Positions 46,601 to 55,292 of a stretch of DNA of 64,000 nucleotides are shown here, piece by piece. Numbering within the stretch: position 1 is the stretch's first letter; each line of letters begins with the position of its first letter. The DNA lies in NCBI GenBank assembly GCA_045603565.1, contig JAZUML010000003.1:13818-77817 (forward strand). The letters are read 5' to 3'. Below the pieces are notes generated by a model that saw only the letters and a list, made by a program, of their open reading frames with translations, was not told the origin of the DNA and did no database searches. Position numbers and translations under genes: made by a program. The stretch is from Candidatus Nanosyncoccus sp. Lineage in GTDB: Bacteria; Patescibacteriota; Saccharimonadia; Saccharimonadales; Saccharimonadaceae.

Positions 46601-47372
46601 AGATACCGCCGACACCAAGACTTTGCAATCCAAGATCACTGCCATGCGCGAAGGCGGCAAAATCATGGGCAATCTTTTAAAAGACCTCGAAAACTATGTC
46701 AAGCCCGGCATGACAGGGAAGGAAATTGACGCTTGGGTCCGCCAGGAAATCGTTAAACGTGGCGCCACCGTAGCGTACGATGATTTAAAAGAGAAATTTC
46801 CAGGAGCAATCTGTATTTCCATTAATGACGAATTGGTTCACGGCGCCCCTAAGGATGAACCCCTAGAAGAGGGCGACAAAGCTTCTTTTGACCTCGTCAT
46901 CGGTTATAAAGGCTACTATACTGACTCCGCTTTTACAATGATAGTTGGCGAAAAAGGCTCACCAGCCGTTAAAAAAATGATTAATATTACCAAAGAATCT
47001 CTCTGGGCCGGCATTGAGCAAGTTAGGCCCGGCGCCCATATCGGCGATATTGGCCACGCCGTCGAAACAGTCCTAAGAAAAGGTCATCTCGGCGTAATAG
47101 AAAACTACATCGGCCACGGCATCGGCAAAGAAATGCACGAACCGCCCGAAGTCCCCAATTATGGCAAAAAAGGTCACGGCTACAAACTAGTTGAAGGCGA
47201 TACTATTTGCATCGAACCAATGTCTTGTCTTGGTAAACCCGCTAATTACGTAGACAAAGATGACAACTGGAGCGTCAAAATGAAAGACGGCTCCATCGGC
47301 TGTCACTGCGAACACACCATTCTCGTCACCAAAGACGGTTACGAAGTGCTAACACTAGCAGATGGCGAGTAA
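46590..47372 (+). CDS. map: Methionine aminopeptidase type I
   Basis: CISINDELVHG, D..YYTDSAFT, GHGIG..MHEPP, IEPM, HCEHTI. Confidence 0.96.
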   Translation: MVNKDTADTKTLQSKITAMREGGKIMGNLLKDLENYVKPGMTGKEIDAWVRQEIVKRGATVAYDDLKEKFPGAICISINDELVHGAPKDEPLEEGDKASFDLVIGYKGYYTDSAFTMIVGEKGSPAVKKMINITKESLWAGIEQVRPGAHIGDIGHAVETVLRKGHLGVIENYIGHGIGKEMHEPPEVPNYGKKGHGYKLVEGDTICIEPMSCLGKPANYVDKDDNWSVKMKDGSIGCHCEHTILVTKDGYEVLTLADGE

Positions 47373-47462
47373 GAATTCCTAAGATGTCCTGCGGGACATA
47401 AAGACTTGGCCCGAGTGACCCGGAACGTGCCCGAAGGGCACGCTTGGAATTCTTACTCGCCA
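47363..47462. repeat. Family C palindromic element overlapping the map stop codon
   Basis: Perfect 17-bp inverted repeat TGGCGAGTAAGAATTCC/GGAATTCTTACTCGCCA enclosing two small hairpins. Confidence 0.85.
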
Positions 47463-47487
47463 ACACAAAATGTGTTATAATTAACTC

Positions 47488-48720
47488 ATGGATAACGATA
47501 AACGTTTTGTCACAGGCCTTGACGTCGGAACAGAAAACGTCCGCGCCGTCATCGCCACTGTCTCAAAGGGCGGGGAAGTATCAATTGTTGGCTATAACGA
47601 AGGCAAGTCTGCCGGTATGCGCAAGGGCATTCCTGCCAACCTTACTGGCCCAGCCGAAGCTATCGACCGCATGCTTGGCGACGCTGAGCGCATGGGCGGT
47701 TACGATGTACGAAGCGCTTACGTTTCTATCAATGGTTCTACTGTTATTTCTACTCATACCGAAGGCATGATTGCTGTTGGCGCCGTCGAACACGAAATTG
47801 ACGACGAAGACTTAAATCGCGTCGAAGATGTTGCCGTGACCGGTCGCATCCCGGCCAATCGCGATGTTTTGGATGTGATACCGTTAGAATATGCTCTAGA
47901 CGGCCAAGGTGGGATTAAGGACCCGCTCGGCATGGCTGGCGCCAGGCTCGAAATGCGCGCCTGTGTAATATCTGCCCTTACACCAAATTGCGAAAACTTA
48001 AAACGCGCCACTATGACTGCCGATGTCAAAGCCGAGAGATTAGTCCCTAGCGTCGTCGCTGCCGCAAAAGCTGTCTTGAATGAACGTCAAAAAGAAAACG
48101 GCGTTGCCGTAGTTGACCTCGGCGCCGCTACTACTTCAGTAGCAGTTTACGAAGAGGGCGATTTACAATACGTTGGCGTAGTGCCAGCTGGTTCCAATAA
48201 CGTCACTAATGATCTTGCAATCGTTCTTGCTATCGAGCCAGAACTCGCCGAAGAGATTAAGACGCGATTTATAACAGGAGATTTTGATCACGAAAAAAGT
48301 GTCGCTATTAAAGTAGGGAAGAACAATGAACGTACCTTTGATCGCAAAGAAGTTGAAGAAGTTGTAAAAGCTCGTCTAGAAGAAATTTTCTCCGAAATTC
48401 GCAAGAAATTGAAGACTGCTAAATATGATCAACGCCTACCGGAGGGAATTATTCTCACTGGAGGTGGTGCCAAGATGCGCGACATTGAAATATTCGCCAA
48501 AAAAGCCCTCGAAGCCGCCGTCAAAGTCGGCATACCATCTGGTCTTAACGGCGTCGCTGAAGCTATCGAAAAGCCCGAATTTGCTACCGCCGTTGGACTC
48601 GCTTTGTTTGCTGCAGAAGAAAGTCAATATTCTGCACCAGTTTCCAAAAAATCCGCAAAATCCAAAAAGTCCGCCAAAACCTCTGGTGGATTCCTCAAAA
48701 AAATCTTCTCAAAATTCTAA
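47488..48720 (+). CDS. ftsA: Cell division protein FtsA
   Basis: GLDVGTENV, SAGMRKG, VDLGAATT, AEEIK, ILTGGGAKM, FATAVGL. Confidence 0.96.
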   Translation: MDNDKRFVTGLDVGTENVRAVIATVSKGGEVSIVGYNEGKSAGMRKGIPANLTGPAEAIDRMLGDAERMGGYDVRSAYVSINGSTVISTHTEGMIAVGAVEHEIDDEDLNRVEDVAVTGRIPANRDVLDVIPLEYALDGQGGIKDPLGMAGARLEMRACVISALTPNCENLKRATMTADVKAERLVPSVVAAAKAVLNERQKENGVAVVDLGAATTSVAVYEEGDLQYVGVVPAGSNNVTNDLAIVLAIEPELAEEIKTRFITGDFDHEKSVAIKVGKNNERTFDRKEVEEVVKARLEEIFSEIRKKLKTAKYDQRLPEGIILTGGGAKMRDIEIFAKKALEAAVKVGIPSGLNGVAEAIEKPEFATAVGLALFAAEESQYSAPVSKKSAKSKKSAKTSGGFLKKIFSKF

Positions 48721-48833
48721 AAAACGCTTGTGTTTTTACTTCTGTTGAGTTATAATTTTAATAGAGTGTAGAGTTAAACAAAAAGATATCAATTTTAAGG
48801 GTTGTACATATCAAAAAAGGCTAAATTCAAATA

Positions 48834-51800
48834 ATGTTAAAATTTTTGGGAGACAAAAATAGAATTGTTGACGCAACTTCATTTTGTGCGTCTATTTTTA
48901 GTTCTCTCTGTTTTGTATTAGCTTCTAGTTTATTCGTCGTGATTCTTTCTTTGATTAGTTCCTTATTGTTTAACTCTTCCAATGTCTCCGCTTACACCGC
49001 CTCTCTCTCCACTTCCGGCACAGTTACTACTAATGTCACTCCTAATACAGAAGGAGATAAAAGTATTAGTATTAATCAAGATTCAGTCAATGTCATCACG
49101 GACTGTAGAGCAGGTTATAACCTCACTATCTCTTCATCTGTTACTGACAGAAACCTATATAAAGACGGTAATAGTGCTAATAATACATCAGGGCAATACT
49201 TCACTCCAGTTAATGGTACAGCACAACTAAACAACACTACTAACCAATATGGCTATTCCTTAACAGCTAATACAGAATCAGGTGTATTTACTCCTCTTCC
49301 TCTTCCTTCTGCTCCTACCTTTATTAAGACTCCATCACAAACCGCCAGTGAGTCAGATATTGATGATGATATCTCAGTCTACTATGGTGTATCTACTGCT
49401 AATACTGTAAGTCCAGGCTTATATAAGATGCCAAACAATGGCTATGTCCTTTATCAGCTTACACTAGATGATAGCTGTAGATCCTATACGGTAGCCTTTA
49501 ATGCTAATGGTGGTACTGGCACTATGACTAACCAAGACGTTACTGTAGACCAAGCTATTAACATAAAAGCCAACTCCTTTACTGCTCCAGCAAGGGGTCA
49601 ATCCTACCAAAACGCAGATGGCAACACTATACCAGCTATAGCAGACAAGATGTGGGCCTTCTGGGGCTGGAACACTGAAGTAGATGGCTCTGGTGACTGG
49701 TATAAAGACAGAGAATCTGTCACTAACCTCGCTAATGATGGTGATACTATTACCTTCTATGCCCAATGGAAACAAGCTACCCTAGCAGATCTTACCGCGT
49801 CTACTCCAGGACAAAACAAAACTATAGACCACAATACTATGCAAGATATGAGCAGTGCTACTTGTTGGAACTCAGACAAGTTCACTGCCATCGGTACTCC
49901 ATATGGCCAAGCTACTTTAGTAGACACTAGAGATGGTAACACTAGAACCTATACTGTAGCTAGACTTCCAGATGGCTATTGTTGGATGACTCAAAACCTT
50001 AACTTGGGTACCTCCACTCCTATCACCCTTACTTCAAACGACACAGACCTAGAAGAAGGTACCACCTTTACTTTACCTGCTTCTGATCCAAATGATTTTG
50101 CTACCAGTTCTGGTAGCGCCAACGTAAACAAAGCTACCGTCCTAAACGATATGACCATCCCAGATTATACCGTAAATGGCACCACTTATTCCGGCAAAGT
50201 CACTGGCTACTATTCCTATGCTGCTGCCACAGCAGATACGAGTACATATAGTAAATCTAGTGCTACTGAAGTAACTACTTCTATTTGTCCTAAGAACTGG
50301 GATCTTCCTACTAATACCCAATACTACGATTTAAGAACTAAAGGTAGCATTGCAACCTATAATAACACAACGGCAAGCTACGAGGGTAAAAACGCCGGCA
50401 ATGAACCATATTACTTCATTTATGGCGGCTATCGTAGGGCTGCTGGTAGCGAAGTAAACACAACAAACTTTTACAATCCAACTACTTATGGTTACCTTTG
50501 GACAGCGAATAACTACGGCTCTTCTTCTGGTCGCGGTACATACGTATATTCTAGTGGATTATATAATAGCTCTGCTGGAACGACCTATAGTAAGTATTAT
50601 GGTTTAGGGGTGAGATGCATATCCAATATGGATGAAGTTATGGCCAAGATTACCTTTGTAAACACTGAAACCGGCGAAACGCAAACTCAAATAATTGGTC
50701 TAATCGGTGAAAATAATACGATAACATTGCAACAACATCCCGCTATTTGGACTAAGTCTAATTATAGTATTGCTGGTTGGGATACTAATGATGCTGGAAC
50801 TAATGTAGTCTATACTAAGGGACAATCTGTTACTTTATCAGACGACATCACTTTATACACTGTTTGGAAACCAGCTTACAATATCCAATATGACGGGAAT
50901 GGGGCAGACGAGGGTGTAATGACCAACGTAAAACACACTAGTACTTTTGAAGGGGACACCTTTGATCTTTTTGCTAGTAATTACAGTAAAGCAAACTACG
51001 GCTTTGTTGGTTGGTCTTTTGATCAGAATGCGCAACCAGGTGGCTCATCCAGAATTTATGGTCCGAATGAAACTATTATTGCTCCAGCAGCATCTATGCC
51101 AGGAGAAACTAAAACCCTCTATGCTGTATGGATTCAATCTGCCGGTAATCTCCAAGATTGGAACGGCTGCTCTAATATGAACATAGGAGACGTAACAGCC
51201 TTAAAAGATACACGAGATAATCAGGTTTATACCGTAGGCAAACTAGCCGATGGAAACTGCTGGATGACGGAAAACTTGAGATTAAATAATACCGCTATTG
51301 GTAACTCTGATGCTTCATTGGCGCAAGGTTATGGTGGAGTATTTGCGGGGTTAGCCGATCCAGAAGGGACTTCAAGTTTTTATAGCGCTACTACGCCAAA
51401 TAGCCTTTATACGGTTGATGATTCTTCTACGACGCTTAATATAATTGTTGGCAGTAATCTGGGTTATCGTTTTCCGCGTTACGACAATACTAATACTGAT
51501 TCTAGAGACACAAATCCAAGTATAGATGATGATCGTGCCATTGCTACATCTGCACATGTTGCGGGACTTACTTCTGCTATTTATTCTTATGGTAATTATT
51601 ATACTTGGGCTGCCGCTAAAGCCAACACAGAAGATTTAGCCACTAGCGCCGTATCTGAGGCTGCAAATACCTCTATTTGCCCATCTGGTTGGAAACTTCC
51701 ATATGGCGGTAGTTCTAACAATAGTAATGCCAGTGGTGGCTTTTATTATTTGAGTGCACAATTGGGTGCTACTGCGTCAAATGTAACGAGTGCTCGGATT

Positions 51801-54728
51801 TGGCGTGGTTATCCAAATAACTTTGTTTATGCTGGACAGAAAGGATCGGGTTTAAATTCTCAGCGTGGTACGGGTGGGTATTATTTATCGGCTAGTAGCT
51901 ACAATGATGGTAATCCCTATTCTATGTATATTGGTCCACAGACTATTATTCGAAATGAGACAAGTAATAAATATTATGGTAAACCAATTAGATGTCTTGC
52001 AGAAGATGGTCTAGGAGTAAAGTTGATGCTTAATGATGGTACTAATAGGGTGGGTGGTCGTGTATATGGTAAAGCTGGCTCTACGGTAACTCTCCCAAAT
52101 ATTAATAGAAAAGAAGGATATTATCTTGCGGGTTGGAATACAGCTGCAGACGGAAGCGGTACGCAATACACTAGTTCTTATACCTTTAGCCCTTCTGCTA
52201 CGACTGGTATTACACTTTACGCACAATTAGTCGTAACTGATTGTCCTGCCGGAAAAATTTGTTACGATACTAATGGTAATAATGTAGAGGGCACGATGGG
52301 GCAGCAGACAATATCTAATACTGATACTTCTGTTACTTTAATGCCTTCTAATTTCTCTAGATCTGGTTACGGCTTTGCGGGTTGGAATACTAAGGCTGAT
52401 GGTACTGGTATAAGTTATGGTCCAAACGAAACTATAGAATTCTCGGCCGGAGCTTTTCAGTTTGGTGGGCTGAAATTATATGCTATGTGGGTGCAATCCG
52501 CAGGTAATCTTCAAAGTTGGGGCGAATGCAACAATTTAGCTGTTGGTGCTGTAACTGCGTTGACTGATCAACGGGATAATCAAACATATACCGTGGCTAG
52601 ACTAGCTGATGGCAAATGTTGGATGGTAGAAAACCTAAGACTAGAGGCGAATAATTCTGGCAATAGTAATTATGCTCAGGGGTTTGGTGGAGTATTCTCG
52701 GGTTTAGCAACAGCTGAACCTGATACTAATTTTGATAACTCTACTACTTCAAATAGTAAGTATAGTGATTCTAATATTACTGGTAGTTATCAAGCTTATC
52801 GTTTCCCGCGTTACAATAATGTAAACACTCAGTCTAGAGCTAGCAGTCCAACTAGTGCTAATGCGAGTATTTTTAGTTATGGCAATTATTATTCTTGGGC
52901 TGCTGCTAGAGCTAACACTGAGCATTTGATAAACGATGTTACTTTGGATACTGTCAATACGTCTATTTGTCCAGCTGGCTGGCGTTTGCCTAATGGTACT
53001 AATTTTGGCGATTACAGTATGCTTAGCAATAGTTTGGGGGGTTACAAAGATGTTAGTGGTGCGGCTCAGGCTATGAATTCTTCTACTATTCCTACTGGGG
53101 CTGAAATGTCTAAGGTCTTAAGAAGCTTCCCGAATAACTTTCTTTATTCTGGCGGTATAGGTGGAACTGGAAGCTCAGGTTCGCTTGTTGGGCGTGGTTA
53201 CATGGGGAGTTATTGGACCTCAACTTCCTCTACTGTCACTGCTGATTACTTTAATATCGGTGGAAATACGAGTGGTGATTTAGTTGTTCGTCCCAATGCG
53301 AGTAGTGGTGCATATGTTTATAGCTCGAAGTATAACGGCTATTTGGTTCGTTGCGTGGCTGATCAATCTAATACTGGATCTACGAGAATAACCTTCAATA
53401 AGAACAACTCATCTGCTACAGGTTCCATGAGTGTTCAGACTATTAATGCGGGAACATCAACTGCTCTTACGACTAATGGTTTCAGTAGCTCTGGGTATGT
53501 ATTCAATGGTTGGAATACTAAGGCAGATGGGAGTGGTATAAGCTATGCCGATGAAGGAGCATATTATGCTATTGCGGGCAATGAAACCAATAATGCAACG
53601 TTATATGCTCAATGGGATCAATTAGTTACAATTACATTTAGTTTGGACAGTAATACCACTGGTATTAACTTTGATGGGACAACATATACTAATGGGCAAA
53701 CTACACAAGCTATAGTAGGAAAAGAATATACTATAATTAGCATGTTTAATACTAAATATGGTGTTAATAGTTGGAGTGCTACAGCTGGTACGATTGCCAA
53801 TAATACTTATAACACTACTACTTATACTCCTACAGAAAGTAGTGCCACTATTTCGGTCACTGCTAAAGAAGCTACGGTCAGTATTAGTTCTCTCACTAAT
53901 CCTTCTACTCCAGTCTCCAGTAACTGTAAGAATGAAGCAGTAGTACCAGAGCTAGTCTATGATCCACGCGATAATGAAGCTTACTATGTAGCTAGACTTT
54001 GTGATGGCAAATACTGGATGCTAGATAATTTAAGATTAGACTTAACTAATTCTACAGTTATAAATAATCTAACTTCTAGTAATACTAATGCTACTGCAAC
54101 GCAGCTTGACTACTTGAAGAATGGTGGTGGTACCGCTACGGATCAATATCCTACGGCTGGATTAACTGGTTCAGGATGGGTTAGTAGTTATTATTATTCT
54201 GTTCCACAGATAAACAATAATTTTAAAGACATAATTGCTCCGGTTGTTTATGGCGTGGGCTCTAGCAAGCTTGGCATATATTATAATTATTGTGCTGCTT
54301 CTGCTGGCTCTTACTGTTGGGGTAATCGTACGGACTCTATTGGCTCTCCAACTACCGATCCAAGACCTAGTTCTTATCGTGATATAGAAGGTGATATTTG
54401 CCCGGCTGGATGGCGTTTGCCTACCGGCGGGGCTAATGATGGTTCTGACTATAGATATTTATATTCGGTTTATAATGGATCTATTGCAGGTCAAAATGTT
54501 GCGATGCGTAATGCGTTGTCTTGGTTATTATCTGGCAATATAAGTAATGATAGTAGTTCGCTGAGTGATATTGGTGAACTTGGTGTGCGCGGTCGATTCC
54601 AGTCATCTTCTTGGGGTAGTCAAGATAATATGTTTACTCGAACATATAATAGTTCTAGTAATAACGGAAGTTTTTCAGATACTTCTTTGAGTCGTACCAC
54701 GAGAGTTCCTATTAGATGTGTGCGATGA
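48834..54728 (+). CDS. Giant (1964 aa) surface protein with four FISUMP (Fib_succ_major) domains and Listeria-Bacteroides-type repeats
   Basis: Four D.RD...Y.V..L.DG.CWM..NL ... ICP.GW.LP ... RC blocks; repeated F.GWNT.ADG.G..Y ... LYA.W units; N-terminal hydrophobic anchor. Confidence 0.85.
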   Translation: MLKFLGDKNRIVDATSFCASIFSSLCFVLASSLFVVILSLISSLLFNSSNVSAYTASLSTSGTVTTNVTPNTEGDKSISINQDSVNVITDCRAGYNLTISSSVTDRNLYKDGNSANNTSGQYFTPVNGTAQLNNTTNQYGYSLTANTESGVFTPLPLPSAPTFIKTPSQTASESDIDDDISVYYGVSTANTVSPGLYKMPNNGYVLYQLTLDDSCRSYTVAFNANGGTGTMTNQDVTVDQAINIKANSFTAPARGQSYQNADGNTIPAIADKMWAFWGWNTEVDGSGDWYKDRESVTNLANDGDTITFYAQWKQATLADLTASTPGQNKTIDHNTMQDMSSATCWNSDKFTAIGTPYGQATLVDTRDGNTRTYTVARLPDGYCWMTQNLNLGTSTPITLTSNDTDLEEGTTFTLPASDPNDFATSSGSANVNKATVLNDMTIPDYTVNGTTYSGKVTGYYSYAAATADTSTYSKSSATEVTTSICPKNWDLPTNTQYYDLRTKGSIATYNNTTASYEGKNAGNEPYYFIYGGYRRAAGSEVNTTNFYNPTTYGYLWTANNYGSSSGRGTYVYSSGLYNSSAGTTYSKYYGLGVRCISNMDEVMAKITFVNTETGETQTQIIGLIGENNTITLQQHPAIWTKSNYSIAGWDTNDAGTNVVYTKGQSVTLSDDITLYTVWKPAYNIQYDGNGADEGVMTNVKHTSTFEGDTFDLFASNYSKANYGFVGWSFDQNAQPGGSSRIYGPNETIIAPAASMPGETKTLYAVWIQSAGNLQDWNGCSNMNIGDVTALKDTRDNQVYTVGKLADGNCWMTENLRLNNTAIGNSDASLAQGYGGVFAGLADPEGTSSFYSATTPNSLYTVDDSSTTLNIIVGSNLGYRFPRYDNTNTDSRDTNPSIDDDRAIATSAHVAGLTSAIYSYGNYYTWAAAKANTEDLATSAVSEAANTSICPSGWKLPYGGSSNNSNASGGFYYLSAQLGATASNVTSARIWRGYPNNFVYAGQKGSGLNSQRGTGGYYLSASSYNDGNPYSMYIGPQTIIRNETSNKYYGKPIRCLAEDGLGVKLMLNDGTNRVGGRVYGKAGSTVTLPNINRKEGYYLAGWNTAADGSGTQYTSSYTFSPSATTGITLYAQLVVTDCPAGKICYDTNGNNVEGTMGQQTISNTDTSVTLMPSNFSRSGYGFAGWNTKADGTGISYGPNETIEFSAGAFQFGGLKLYAMWVQSAGNLQSWGECNNLAVGAVTALTDQRDNQTYTVARLADGKCWMVENLRLEANNSGNSNYAQGFGGVFSGLATAEPDTNFDNSTTSNSKYSDSNITGSYQAYRFPRYNNVNTQSRASSPTSANASIFSYGNYYSWAAARANTEHLINDVTLDTVNTSICPAGWRLPNGTNFGDYSMLSNSLGGYKDVSGAAQAMNSSTIPTGAEMSKVLRSFPNNFLYSGGIGGTGSSGSLVGRGYMGSYWTSTSSTVTADYFNIGGNTSGDLVVRPNASSGAYVYSSKYNGYLVRCVADQSNTGSTRITFNKNNSSATGSMSVQTINAGTSTALTTNGFSSSGYVFNGWNTKADGSGISYADEGAYYAIAGNETNNATLYAQWDQLVTITFSLDSNTTGINFDGTTYTNGQTTQAIVGKEYTIISMFNTKYGVNSWSATAGTIANNTYNTTTYTPTESSATISVTAKEATVSISSLTNPSTPVSSNCKNEAVVPELVYDPRDNEAYYVARLCDGKYWMLDNLRLDLTNSTVINNLTSSNTNATATQLDYLKNGGGTATDQYPTAGLTGSGWVSSYYYSVPQINNNFKDIIAPVVYGVGSSKLGIYYNYCAASAGSYCWGNRTDSIGSPTTDPRPSSYRDIEGDICPAGWRLPTGGANDGSDYRYLYSVYNGSIAGQNVAMRNALSWLLSGNISNDSSSLSDIGELGVRGRFQSSSWGSQDNMFTRTYNSSSNNGSFSDTSLSRTTRVPIRCVR

Positions 54729-54780
54729 GCGACCAGTGTAAAGGTGTGGAGGATCATGATAGTATGCTATAATAAAAGGT

Positions 54781-55209
54781 ATGAAGATTCTTTGGACTGA
54801 TGGCAGTGCATCGCCAAATCCGGGGCCGGGGGGATTTGCAGTGATTGAAGTAAATGATGGCGTGGGGCAACCAGTGGCTTTGGGGCGCGAGAAAGATACG
54901 ACGAATATTCGGATGGAAGGTTCGGCGATGATTGCAGCGATTAAATATGCTGACGCAGAAGGTTGTGAAATCCATTCCGATTCGGAATTTTGGATTAATG
55001 TGCTTACGAAATGGGCGCTGGGGTGGCAAGCGAATGGTTGGAAAAAATCGAAAGGTGAGATAAAAAATCTAGATCTGGTGCAAGAATTATATGAGTTATA
55101 TTGTAAATATCCGGTGAAATTGGTGTGGGAAAAAGGTCACGATGGAATAGAGTTTAACGAAATGGCAGACGAGTGGGCCAATAAGGCGCGCGAAGGTGCG
55201 GAATTGTAG
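54781..55209 (+). CDS. rnhA: Ribonuclease HI
   Basis: WTDGSASPNPGPGG, TTNIRME, SDSEF, KNLDL, KGH.G..FNEMADEWA. Confidence 0.95.
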   Translation: MKILWTDGSASPNPGPGGFAVIEVNDGVGQPVALGREKDTTNIRMEGSAMIAAIKYADAEGCEIHSDSEFWINVLTKWALGWQANGWKKSKGEIKNLDLVQELYELYCKYPVKLVWEKGHDGIEFNEMADEWANKAREGAEL

Positions 55210-55292
55210 TTTGCGATAAAACTTGCGTTTTTTCAAGTCTTTTGCTATAATAGGGATACTGTTTTGAATACTTGTAATAAAAAAGGAATTTT

